Positions 44,929 through 53,849 of a stretch of DNA of 64,000 bases are shown piece after piece (position 1 is the first letter of the stretch; every line of letters begins with the position of its first letter). This stretch comes from Rhodospirillales bacterium. Its GTDB lineage: Bacteria; Pseudomonadota; Alphaproteobacteria; Rhodospirillales; UBA2165. The translations under genes and the position numbers were made by a program. The stretch spans positions 505 through 64,504 of the forward strand of contig JAJECC010000109.1 of assembly GCA_022822205.1 (NCBI GenBank), written 5' to 3'. The notes under the pieces are model-generated. The model saw only the letters and a program-made list of their open reading frames with translations. It searched no databases and had not been told where the DNA came from.

Positions 44929-46230
44929 CTATGGCGCCACGCCGGGCAGCCATAAGGCCATCTCGGGGATAAACAGCACCAGGACCAGCAAAAGTGCCTG
45001 GGCGGCCACAAAGGGCAGCACGCCGATATAAATCTGGCCCAGGGACACCTCCGGCGTCATGCCTTTTATGACAAACACATTGATCCCCATGGGCGGGCTG
45101 ATGAGGGCGAGTTCAATCACGACAACCATGAGAATACCGAACCAGACCGGATCGAACCCAAGATTGCTGATGATGGGAAAAAAGACCGGCAAGGTCAGCA
45201 GGATCATGGCCATGGTGTCCAAAATCGCGCCCAGCAAAATATAGATGATCAGGATCACGATCATCACGCCCATGGGCGGCAGGGACAGCGCCAGGGTCCA
45301 ATTCTCGATCATGGCCGGGAACTGCAGCAGGGCGATCAGGTTCTTAACGATAATCGCGCCGATCAGGATGGTGAAAATCATGGCCGTGGTATCGACCGAG
45401 TCCAACAGCGCCTTGAAGAAGGACCGCCAGGTCATGCGCCCGGCACCGACTCCCAGGGCCAGTGCGCCGACCGCGCCGATGCCGGCTGCTTCCGTGGGCG
45501 TAAAGATGCCGAGATAAATGCCGCCCAGGACGACGGTGAACAGCACAACGGTACCCCAGACTTGCCGAAAGGCCCCAAGCTTTTCCCGCGTGGTGGATTT
45601 CGGCCCCCTCGGACCCATGGCGGGATAGATACGTGTCAGCAGCCATACGGTCAGCATGAACAGGAAGACCAGGACCACGCCCGGAAGGATGCCCGCCAGG
45701 AACAGATCGGCGATGCTGGTTTCCGTCAGGATGCCATAGAGGACCATAATCACGCTGGGCGGGATCAGGATCCCGATGGTGCCCCCCGCCGCGATCGTGC
45801 CGGTGGCCAACCGGGGGTCATACTTGTAACGGTCCATTTCGGGGAGCGCGACCTTGCACATGGCCGCAGCCGTCGCCAGGGAAGACCCGCAGATGGCCGC
45901 AAAGGCGCCACACGCCCCCACTGTCGCCAGGCCCAATCCGCCGGGCCGGTAGCCGAGCCAGACATTGAACGACTTATAGAGATCTTCGCTGAGTCCGCCG
46001 GTCGCGGCGAACTGCCCCATCAGGACGAACAACGGGATGACCAGCAGGTCAAAGGATAGCGCCGTCTCGAAAACCGTGAGGCCGAAGAGAGACAGCGCCG
46101 CATCAGGTGACAACAGCAGCATGGTACCGCCCAGGCCGGCGAACGCCATGGCAAACCCGATATGCATCCCGGCGGCCAGCAGCACAAACATGCCGCCGAT
46201 GGAAATAAGGGCGATTAAGCCGGATTCCAT
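44929..46230 (-). CDS. dctM: TRAP large permease DctM (system 3)
   Basis: The internal ATG at 46230 gives MESGLIALISIGGMFVLLAAG. The 57 aa upstream in the track ORF overlap dctQ and are implausible. Confidence 0.9.
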   Translation of the reverse strand: MESGLIALISIGGMFVLLAAGMHIGFAMAFAGLGGTMLLLSPDAALSLFGLTVFETALSFDLLVIPLFVLMGQFAATGGLSEDLYKSFNVWLGYRPGGLGLATVGACGAFAAICGSSLATAAAMCKVALPEMDRYKYDPRLATGTIAAGGTIGILIPPSVIMVLYGILTETSIADLFLAGILPGVVLVFLFMLTVWLLTRIYPAMGPRGPKSTTREKLGAFRQVWGTVVLFTVVLGGIYLGIFTPTEAAGIGAVGALALGVGAGRMTWRSFFKALLDSVDTTAMIFTILIGAIIVKNLIALLQFPAMIENWTLALSLPPMGVMIVILIIYILLGAILDTMAMILLTLPVFFPIISNLGFDPVWFGILMVVVIELALISPPMGINVFVIKGMTPEVSLGQIYIGVLPFVAAQALLLVLVLFIPEMALWLPGVAP

Positions 46231-46232
46231 GC

Positions 46233-46739
46233 TTACGTCCCGCCCCGCCGGAACGACTGCCAGGAAAGGATCAGGCGCACGAGCATCCCAACGACCAGCA
46301 TCAGGCTGCAGGCGGCCATCATCAGGCCGATGAGCCACACGGGCAGTCCCAAATTCTGGGTGACATTGAGTTCCGCCGTTTGTTCCAGGGCCTGTACCCA
46401 CAGGCGCCAGCAGATCAGGACCACGGTCGCGAAACTCAGGACATGAACGGCGAGGTCCAGGGCGGACCGGATTTTCGGGGGCAGGAGCTGGGTGACGACA
46501 TCCACCCGGATGTGCCCATTGGTGAAGGTGGTCCGCGCGACCCCGAGGTAAATCAACAGCCCCATCAACAGGGTCAGCATTTCAACAGACCCGATGATAG
46601 GGGCGTTGATGATCGACCGTCCCAGCACGTCGAAAAACGTGAGGAACATCATGACGGCCAGGACAACACCGCCCCCATAGGCCATCCAAATAGAAATTTG
46701 GTTGAGCCGTTTAAAGGCAGTGTGGTCCGGACCGGTCAT
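46233..46739 (-). CDS. dctQ: TRAP small permease DctQ (system 3)
   Basis: 168-aa four-helix protein. Its stop lies 2 nt before the dctM start. Confidence 0.8.
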   Translation of the reverse strand: MTGPDHTAFKRLNQISIWMAYGGGVVLAVMMFLTFFDVLGRSIINAPIIGSVEMLTLLMGLLIYLGVARTTFTNGHIRVDVVTQLLPPKIRSALDLAVHVLSFATVVLICWRLWVQALEQTAELNVTQNLGLPVWLIGLMMAACSLMLVVGMLVRLILSWQSFRRGGT

Positions 46740-46760
46740 CCCAACGGGTGGGCCCCGCCT

Positions 46761-47795
46761 TTACTTGTAGTTGGCGATGGTCGCTCTCAGATCCGCGAGA
46801 AGGGCCTTGCCGTTCAGGCCGGCCTTGTTCGCGTTTGCGACCCAGCCTTCCTCAACAAAGGCGACGGTCTTTTTTAGTTGCGCGACTTCGGCATCGCCCA
46901 GCACGGTGATGGTGTTCCCGGCTTTCACCGCGGCAGCGCGGCCGGCGGCTTCAACACTGTCCCACCGCTTGCCGATCAGGCGCGAACCCGCTTCACCGGC
47001 GGCCTTGTTCAGGGCCGCTTTCTGGTCAGCGGTCAGGCCGTCCCAGCTTTTCTTACTCATGGAAAGCCAGAAGGCGCTGGTGTAGAGGCCGTTCGGTACC
47101 GACAGGTGGTATTTGGAGAACTTGATCAGCCGGAGACCCAACAGGGATTCCCAGGGGAACTGCGTGCCGTCAATGGTGCCCCGCTGCATGGCTTCCGCCG
47201 TAGCGGCGGGGTTGAGGAACAGCGGCGCGGCGCCGAGTTTCTTCAGGATCGGGATACCGTGTCCGCCGGCCCTGATCTTGAGGCCTTTAAAGTCGCTGAG
47301 CGTCGTGAGCTTCTTGCTGGCATGATACAGGAACGGCGCGTGGACAAACAGACCGACCAGTTTGGTGTCATTGAATTCCTTCTCGGCGAACTTGTTTTTC
47401 TCATACCAAGCCCACGCCGCGGCGGAGCCTATTTCTGCGTTCGGCACCATGAAGGGCGTTTCAACCGCCCGGAACAGGTTGAAGCGCTTAGGCGAGTAGG
47501 CCGCGACAGAATAAGCGAAATCCACCACGTTCTTTTTCACCAGATCATACTGCCCCGGGGGTTTGGCGAGCGGCGTTTTCATCACCTCGATCTTGAGGCT
47601 GCCGCCGCTGGCGGCACTAATGGATTTGCCCCACATATCGAGCGTGCCCGTTATGTGGTGAACGGACGGCAGCCAGTTGGCGACCCGCAGCGTCTTCGAC
47701 TGCGCGGTCGCTTCAGGCGCACCGGCGGCAAGGACGGCGGCCGACGCGGCCAGCGCCATCACGATATTAAGTTTAAATTTGCTGTTACCTGTCAT
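46761..47795 (-). CDS. dctP: TRAP substrate-binding protein DctP (system 3)
   Basis: Signal peptide MTGNSKFKLNIVMALAASAAVLAAGAPEATA and DctP-family length. Confidence 0.9.
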   Translation of the reverse strand: MTGNSKFKLNIVMALAASAAVLAAGAPEATAQSKTLRVANWLPSVHHITGTLDMWGKSISAASGGSLKIEVMKTPLAKPPGQYDLVKKNVVDFAYSVAAYSPKRFNLFRAVETPFMVPNAEIGSAAAWAWYEKNKFAEKEFNDTKLVGLFVHAPFLYHASKKLTTLSDFKGLKIRAGGHGIPILKKLGAAPLFLNPAATAEAMQRGTIDGTQFPWESLLGLRLIKFSKYHLSVPNGLYTSAFWLSMSKKSWDGLTADQKAALNKAAGEAGSRLIGKRWDSVEAAGRAAAVKAGNTITVLGDAEVAQLKKTVAFVEEGWVANANKAGLNGKALLADLRATIANYK

Positions 47796-47862
47796 GTTAC
47801 CTCTCCGTTTACGCGTTCATATCGAGTTTGATCGTCGACTGCATAGGCGTATTTGAAATCTC

Positions 47863-48123
47863 TCATTGCCAGTTCAGCCCTCCGGCCAATTCGGGGCTGT
47901 CCGGCGCATATCTGAAGGCGCGGAATATGCAATTGCCGTTGGGAAGGAGATAAGCAAGCGATCCCGGCATTTCAGGCAGATTCCACCGGCGCACTTCGGC
48001 CCCGTTGTGATCGATCAAGCACGCGGATTTGCCCCGAAACGTGGAGACATTGGTGAATCCGTCAAGGGATCGGTCATGGTCCGAGTGAATCAGACCGGTT
48101 TCTTTGGAAAGCCAAAACGCCAT
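47863..48123 (-). pseudogene. Possible internally deleted remnant of an arylsulfotransferase (ASST)-family beta-propeller gene
   Basis: In this 86-aa ORF, ...CLIDHNGAEVRRWNLPEMPGSLAYLLPNGN resembles N-terminal ASST blades. It joins directly to FRAFRYAPDSPELAG, which resembles the family's C-terminal YRA-RY motif. This is pattern recognition only. Confidence 0.35.
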
Positions 48124-48179
48124 CCCCGGAAATTTCCATACGACTTAACTTATTATTAGAATAAAAATACTTGTTCTTG

Positions 48180-48191
48180 TTGACCGGTCAA
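48180..48191. promoter_or_regulatory. 12-bp perfect palindrome TTGACCGGTCAA upstream of tetR
   Basis: It ends 48 nt before the tetR ATG, inside an AT-rich spacer. It matches 49480..49491 at 11 of 12 positions. Confidence 0.55.
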
Positions 48192-48239
48192 GAGAATTTG
48201 GGCAATTCTTGATACCAGACTGCTGAAAATGGGGAAGAT

Positions 48240-48911
48240 ATGCCGAACGACATGAGGCAATCCGATGCGGCGCCGTTAAACGGTGTGAAGCCGGCCGAAC
48301 AGGCCCGCAGCATCGAACTCCAAAGCGGTTTCGTTCGCGCGGGCCGCAAGATGCTGGAGAACTCCCGCCTCGCCGATATTCGCATCCCTGACCTGGCGGC
48401 CGGCGCCGGGTCCTCGGTTGGCGGATTCTACTCCCGCTTCGAAAACAAGGAAGGTCTCTTCGAGTTTATGAGAAGCGCCATGATGGAAGAGCATGGCAAC
48501 CTCATCGACGAGACCCTCGACCCCCACCGCTTGGCCGAGGCCAGCGATCGCGACGTCATTACAATCGTCGTCGATATGATGATCAAAATTTTCTCCAGCC
48601 CCTGGCGCGGAGTCCTCAAAGAGAGTTATGCCGGCATCTCGGAAGGAACGGGCATGTGGGCCCCCATGCGGGCCAGGGGCGATCAGATAACAGATACGGT
48701 CGTCGCCCATTTCCTCGGGAGAAACGAAATCCGCAACGAGGACCTTGCCGAAACTGACATTAGATTTGCCATGCAGATGCTCTACAGCGCCCTCAACCAC
48801 AATCTCATGAACGCAGATCTGCAGTACACCATCGGGGATGAGGCGTTCCGGACCTATCTCATCGAAATTTTAAGCCGGTTCCTTGAACTGAAAGACCCCA
48901 AACCGGACTGA
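48240..48911 (+). CDS. TetR-family transcriptional regulator
   Basis: N-terminal HTH IRIPDLAAGAGSSVGGFYSRFENKEGLF. 223 aa. Confidence 0.85.
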   Translation: MPNDMRQSDAAPLNGVKPAEQARSIELQSGFVRAGRKMLENSRLADIRIPDLAAGAGSSVGGFYSRFENKEGLFEFMRSAMMEEHGNLIDETLDPHRLAEASDRDVITIVVDMMIKIFSSPWRGVLKESYAGISEGTGMWAPMRARGDQITDTVVAHFLGRNEIRNEDLAETDIRFAMQMLYSALNHNLMNADLQYTIGDEAFRTYLIEILSRFLELKDPKPD

Positions 48912-48944
48912 GTGGACCCCGTACGGTTGCCACACGCAAGCGGC

Positions 48945-49448
48945 TTACAAATCCGCTTCTGCTTCTCTGATATTTGCTTCAAGCTTTTCAAAAGCGGCGA
49001 ACATGACGCTCCGTTCCTCTTTGGACAGACTGCGCATAAGTGAGTCGTGGCGTTCCTGCATGAAGGGGCGAGCCCGTTCATAGGCGGCCATTCCAGCCTT
49101 GGTTATCCGAAGGATCATGCTCCGGCGGTTGTTCCGGCCGGCGCCTGTCTCGATCAGCTTGCCGGCAATCATGCCCTTGATGGTCCTGCTGAGAAGGCCT
49201 TTGTCAAGCTGGGTCGCGCGCGCGACATCAGCCGAGGTGCATTGCCCGAGACTGGTGATCATCACAAGGACCCGCCATTGAGTCGGCGTCAAGCCCGCAT
49301 GTTCCTTCAATATCCGGATGGCCTGGGCGTTCAAATTCGCCTGGAGCTTTGACACCCGGTAGGAAATCATCTGATCCAGGGGCGGCTGATCAGCCTGCGG
49401 TTTGTCCACGCTATTCAAAGCCTTGTCCTTCAACTTTAATGCGATCAC
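48945..49448 (-). CDS. MarR-family transcriptional regulator
   Basis: Winged helix LTPTQWRVLVMITSLGQCTSADVARATQLDKGLLSRTIKGM. 167 aa. Confidence 0.85.
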   Translation of the reverse strand: MIALKLKDKALNSVDKPQADQPPLDQMISYRVSKLQANLNAQAIRILKEHAGLTPTQWRVLVMITSLGQCTSADVARATQLDKGLLSRTIKGMIAGKLIETGAGRNNRRSMILRITKAGMAAYERARPFMQERHDSLMRSLSKEERSVMFAAFEKLEANIREAEADL

Positions 49449-49479
49449 TCGGCATCCACACTACGGTGCCAACCGTTAG

Positions 49480-49491
49480 TTGACGGGTCAA
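49480..49491. promoter_or_regulatory. Near-palindrome TTGACGGGTCAA in the marR-tctC divergent intergenic region
   Basis: 6-bp arms GTTGAC/GTCAAC around GG. One mismatch to the site at 48180..48191. Confidence 0.55.
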
Positions 49492-49569
49492 CACCCTATG
49501 GCTAATGTCGAAGCCTAATTTCTCAAATACGCATAGAAAAACTTCACGGCCACAGGGAGACAAGTTCCA

Positions 49570-50520
49570 ATGAAACACACCTTCAAAATGCTGGTGGGCG
49601 CGTTCGCCCTTACCTTGATGACGGGAGAAGTCTTGGCGGCGAACTGGTCGCCCCCCGGCCCCATCAAAATGCTGATCGCCTTCCGGGCGGGCGGCGGCGC
49701 CGACACGCAGGCGCGGCTGATCGCGGAGGCCCTCGAGAACAAGATGGGCTGGAAGTTCATCCCGGAACAGGTCACCGGCAAAGGCGGCGTCAACATGCTG
49801 AACGCCCTTTCCAAGCAGCCCAATGACGGCACCGCCATCGGCATGGCCGTCACGGAATCCCTCGGCTACAACCTGGCGACCTCCAAATCCCGCCTGAAGG
49901 CATCCGATTTTACCGGCCTCTCGACCACGGCGGGATTTCAGCTTGGCATCATCGGCCGGACCAAGGACGGCTGGAAAACCATGCGCGACGTGATCGCGGC
50001 GGCGAAGGCGGGTAAGAAAATCCGGCTCGGGACCATGAGCCCCCGGCTCGCCGATCTGACCTATCTCATGGAAAAGGCCAATGGCGTGAAATTCAACATC
50101 GTCTCCTACCGGGGCGGGATCGCCGTATTGAACGCCATCAACGCCGGTGACGTGGATGTCGGGTATGTCGCCGGTCCGCAGGCCAAAGGCGTGAAGGCCG
50201 GCGATCTGGTCGAACTGGCATCGGCCCTCTCCAAGCCGCTCAACGCGACGCCCACCGCGCCGAAGCTCAGCGACCTCGGGGTCGACTTCAATGCCGACGG
50301 GCAGTTCGTCTTCGTCGGCCCGGGCGGCATGCCGGCCGCGGCGCAGGACGCCCTGGGCAAGGCAATCGCCGGGATCGTGACGGACCCCAATCAAAAGGTC
50401 GCGAAGATCATCAAGCGGGTCTTCGGCGGTTCGGTCACCATTACCGGCAAGAAGCTGGATGCTCATCTCCAGCAGGGGTATGACGACGCCGGCAAACTTG
50501 CGAAGGCCGTCAGCCAGTAG
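49570..50520 (+). CDS. tctC: TTT substrate-binding protein TctC (Bug family)
   Basis: Signal peptide MKHTFKMLVGAFALTLMTGEVLA and Bug motif AFRAGGGADTQARL. Confidence 0.9.
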   Translation: MKHTFKMLVGAFALTLMTGEVLAANWSPPGPIKMLIAFRAGGGADTQARLIAEALENKMGWKFIPEQVTGKGGVNMLNALSKQPNDGTAIGMAVTESLGYNLATSKSRLKASDFTGLSTTAGFQLGIIGRTKDGWKTMRDVIAAAKAGKKIRLGTMSPRLADLTYLMEKANGVKFNIVSYRGGIAVLNAINAGDVDVGYVAGPQAKGVKAGDLVELASALSKPLNATPTAPKLSDLGVDFNADGQFVFVGPGGMPAAAQDALGKAIAGIVTDPNQKVAKIIKRVFGGSVTITGKKLDAHLQQGYDDAGKLAKAVSQ

Positions 50521-50526
50521 AACGCC

Positions 50527-51153
50527 GTGATCGGGGGTCCGGACGGCATCCGGACCCTCGAAACCTCGAACATCGGAGCATCCCCGGTGGATAACCGCTC
50601 CAACAGCAACGCCATCCTGGGCGGGCTCTGCGTTCTGGCGGCTGCGCTGGTCGCCTTCGTCTGGGTGCCTCTCGACGTCGACTCCGGCGTCGTGGAACAA
50701 GTCCGCCGGCGTGTCCAGATCGGCGACAGCCTGGCGCCCGTCACGGCGGCGGTGTTCATTGCGATCGGCGGTTTGGTGCTGCTGCTGGTTGAGCGCCGCG
50801 TTCCGGACCAGCCCGCATTCACCCTGCGAAATCTTCGTTTTATCGCGCTTTCGGCGGCCATCGTCGTCGCCGGCTTTCTGATCATGCGGTTCACCGGCCC
50901 GCTCACCGTCGATGTCGTCAATCTGCTGACCGGCGGCGAACTGCAATACCGGCTTCTCCGGGATTCGTCGCCGTGGAAGTTCATCGGGTATTTCATCGGC
51001 GGCATATTCGTCGTTGCCGGTCTAATGGCTCAGGCGGAGGGCGGAATAACCCGGAAAAACCTCGGCATAGCCACCGCCGTCGTCATCGCCCTGATCCTGA
51101 TCTTCGACGTTCCATTCGACGATCTGCTGCTGCCGCCGAACGGTGACGTCTGA
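50527..51153 (+). CDS. tctB: TTT small permease TctB-like
   Basis: Multi-helix small membrane protein between tctC and tctA. The start is GTG 50527, or GTG 50587 preceded by GGAG. The stop overlaps the tctA ATG. Confidence 0.65.
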   Translation: MIGGPDGIRTLETSNIGASPVDNRSNSNAILGGLCVLAAALVAFVWVPLDVDSGVVEQVRRRVQIGDSLAPVTAAVFIAIGGLVLLLVERRVPDQPAFTLRNLRFIALSAAIVVAGFLIMRFTGPLTVDVVNLLTGGELQYRLLRDSSPWKFIGYFIGGIFVVAGLMAQAEGGITRKNLGIATAVVIALILIFDVPFDDLLLPPNGDV

Positions 51154-52748
51154 TGGGTGTCGGCGACTACATTCTCCAGGGGATCCTGGCATTCTTTCTG
51201 GGGTCCGAGCTGTTTTCCGTATTCGGCATACCCGTCTCCATCAACATCGCCATGGTGCTCGCCGGATTTCTGATCGGCATCATGGTGGGGGCAACGCCGG
51301 GATTGGCGGGCCCGGTCGCCATGGCGATCTCTTTGCCGCTTCTGCTCTCGAGCTTCGGGTATCACGCATCGGCATTGCTGCCGGTTCTGGGATTCCTGAT
51401 CGGGATCATGAAAGGGGCGACCGTCGGGGGCGCCGTGCCGGCCATTTTGTTCAATACGCCGGGCACGCCGGACGCCTACATGACCACCCTGGACGGATTT
51501 CCCATGGCGCAGAACGGGCAGGCCAAGAAGGCGCTGCGCATTGCCCATTTCTCCTCGGCGTCCGGCGATACGTTCTCGGATCTGGTCCTGTTCGTCTGTG
51601 CGCCCTTTTTGGCCATCATCATCGAGGCCCATTTGGACCTCCCGGAGAAAACGGCCCTTCTGATCCTCTCCCTCAGCTTCATCGCCGCCGTGATCGGGGG
51701 ATCGCCGGCCAAAGGCTTGATTTCCACCGGGCTCGGCCTTCTTGCCGTCTTCATCGGGACCGGAGAGGATTTTTATCCCCGTCTATCCCTGGGGACGGAT
51801 CAACTCGCCCGCGGGTTTCCGATCACCACCGCCGTGCTGGGCGTGCTGATCCTGGGCGCGATCTTCGAAGGGATCGAAAATCTCATACGGGAGAAACGCG
51901 AAACCGGATCATTCTCCGCGGTCCCGGAAAGCAGCGATCAAGTCCTGCACTGGGCCGATATCCGCCGCCTGATGCCTTATATTTCGCGCTCCGCGCTGAT
52001 CGGAACGGCCATCGGCGCCCTGCCCGGCATCGGATCGACCCTGGCGGCGACGCTCGGCTACACCGTCGGCAAATCGCGGCATCAGAAACGCAAAAGCCCG
52101 GACGACCTGGATTTCGGCACCGGCGCCCCGCAGGGCATCGCCGCCACCGAAGCCGCCAACTCCTCGGTGTCGGGCGCGAACCTGATCCCCGTGCTGTCCC
52201 TCGGCATTCCCGGAAACGCGGCGGCCGTTTTCCTGATTTTGGCCGCCGAAAGCATCGGCGGTTTCGTGCCCGGTCCCGCCGTGTTCAAATTCACCACGGA
52301 CACGGTCAATCCGGAGCTGGTGATCGCCTTTGGCCTGTTCACGGCCATGGCGTTCGCGAATGTATTGAACTGGACCATCGGCGGGCTCTTCATGCGCTCC
52401 ATGGGGGTCATGATCCGCATCCCGAAACATATGTTGCTTCCCTCGGTCCTGCTGCTGACCCTGACCGCCATCTACATCCAGGAAACCCGGTTGGAGGCAA
52501 TTTGGTTCGCGCTCGGGTTCGGAGTCCTGGGCTACGCCATGCGGAAGCTCGAAATTTCGCCCCTCCCCTTTGTCATCGCCTTTATTCTCGGCGACAAGCT
52601 GGAGTTGAGCGCCCGCCGGGCATTCAGCGCCAGCGGAAACGACCCCTTCTTTCTGTTCAGCACCCCGATCGCCACGATCCTGATGCTCCTGGCCATCGGG
52701 GTCCTCGTTTATACCGCCAGAAAGCGGCGTCTGGAGGCGTCGGCGTGA
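51153..52748 (+). CDS. tctA: TTT large permease TctA (canonical, 531 aa)
   Basis: GATPGLAGPVAMAISLPLL and GIPGNAAAVFLILAA motifs. Confidence 0.9.
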   Translation: MGVGDYILQGILAFFLGSELFSVFGIPVSINIAMVLAGFLIGIMVGATPGLAGPVAMAISLPLLLSSFGYHASALLPVLGFLIGIMKGATVGGAVPAILFNTPGTPDAYMTTLDGFPMAQNGQAKKALRIAHFSSASGDTFSDLVLFVCAPFLAIIIEAHLDLPEKTALLILSLSFIAAVIGGSPAKGLISTGLGLLAVFIGTGEDFYPRLSLGTDQLARGFPITTAVLGVLILGAIFEGIENLIREKRETGSFSAVPESSDQVLHWADIRRLMPYISRSALIGTAIGALPGIGSTLAATLGYTVGKSRHQKRKSPDDLDFGTGAPQGIAATEAANSSVSGANLIPVLSLGIPGNAAAVFLILAAESIGGFVPGPAVFKFTTDTVNPELVIAFGLFTAMAFANVLNWTIGGLFMRSMGVMIRIPKHMLLPSVLLLTLTAIYIQETRLEAIWFALGFGVLGYAMRKLEISPLPFVIAFILGDKLELSARRAFSASGNDPFFLFSTPIATILMLLAIGVLVYTARKRRLEASA

Positions 52749-53809
52749 CGTCCCGGAAACTCCGCATGTGGGCGTCCGGCTGTTCCCATGTTTCATTCGA
52801 CAAGGCAAACGGCCGCGAGAGTCTGGGCGACGCCATCCGCCAGGCGGAGCGGGATATCGACTGGGACTTCGGAATCAATATCGGCGACTTTTCGGCCGCT
52901 TTCGGCTTGCCGACGGACGAGGAGGGAGAGGAAATCGTCCGGCAGTTCGGCGCCCTCGCCAATCATCCGCGGGAAGCCATCTATACGCTTTGCGGCAACC
53001 ACGACCGAAACGCGCCGGACGAAGCGGAAGCCGTTTGGTTTCGCAAATATATAGATCCCGTGGGCGAAAACACCGGGACGTCCGGAGTCGATGCCGCCCG
53101 TATGCCCTACCCCGTCACCGGCACGTTCGAGCGATACTACTTCGACGTCGGCAACATCCGGGTCCTGATGATGAGCGACGTGAACGAAATGGCCCAGGAG
53201 AAGGGGCGCGGCGAACTCGGCGGCAATCCCGGCGGCGTCGTCACCCGGGAAACCTTCGACTGGTGGGTGGACCAAATCGAATCCAACCACCGGGACAAGA
53301 TCATCATTGCCGCGCATCATTACCTTCTCCACGAAACCACCGTCGCGACGGGCGACTGGGAAGGCATGAAAAAGAACGCCGACGAAGAGTGGACCACCGA
53401 CTATCACGGCTATTACGCCGAGGGCACGCCCCGGGAAGCGAGCTACCTATGCTGGGTCGGCGGCGAGTACCGCTCCGGCCTGTTCGAAAAATGGCTCGAC
53501 GACAACCCCGGCAAACTGGATTTCTGGCTTGGGGGGCATACCCATACCAACCCGGACGACACCCGTGGCGGCAAAAGCCATATCGAAACCCGGTACGGCG
53601 GCGCCACATTCGTCAACGTGGCGGCTCTGACCCGGTGGTTCGTCAAGGATCATGCCATGCCTCACTCAAGGCTATTCACCTTCGAGGACGGGTCGGATCG
53701 GGCCTCGATCGAATGTTACATGCACACGGACGAATACAAACCGCAGGGGTTCTACGACGAGAAAAAGGCCGACATCCGGCTCACCAAGCCGTTCCTGTAC
53801 GATGGTTGA
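52745..53809 (+). CDS. Calcineurin-like metallophosphoesterase, cytoplasmic
   Basis: This is the C-terminal third of track ORF 51143..53809. The GTG at 52745 overlaps the tctA stop (GTGA); an alternative ATG is at 52766. Motifs are INIGDFS, CGNHDRN, AAHHYL and GGHTHTN. Motif I reads SGCSHV rather than the canonical DxH. Confidence 0.8.
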   Translation: MTSRKLRMWASGCSHVSFDKANGRESLGDAIRQAERDIDWDFGINIGDFSAAFGLPTDEEGEEIVRQFGALANHPREAIYTLCGNHDRNAPDEAEAVWFRKYIDPVGENTGTSGVDAARMPYPVTGTFERYYFDVGNIRVLMMSDVNEMAQEKGRGELGGNPGGVVTRETFDWWVDQIESNHRDKIIIAAHHYLLHETTVATGDWEGMKKNADEEWTTDYHGYYAEGTPREASYLCWVGGEYRSGLFEKWLDDNPGKLDFWLGGHTHTNPDDTRGGKSHIETRYGGATFVNVAALTRWFVKDHAMPHSRLFTFEDGSDRASIECYMHTDEYKPQGFYDEKKADIRLTKPFLYDG

Positions 53810-53849
53810 GGCCGGAACCGCCCGCACCCCAAGTGGAGCACGAAGGCAA

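Noticed and set aside
49411-50946. 511-aa minus-strand ORF opposite tctC/tctB
   Set aside because: It is antisense to a clear Bug-family gene with a signal peptide, and it has no motifs.
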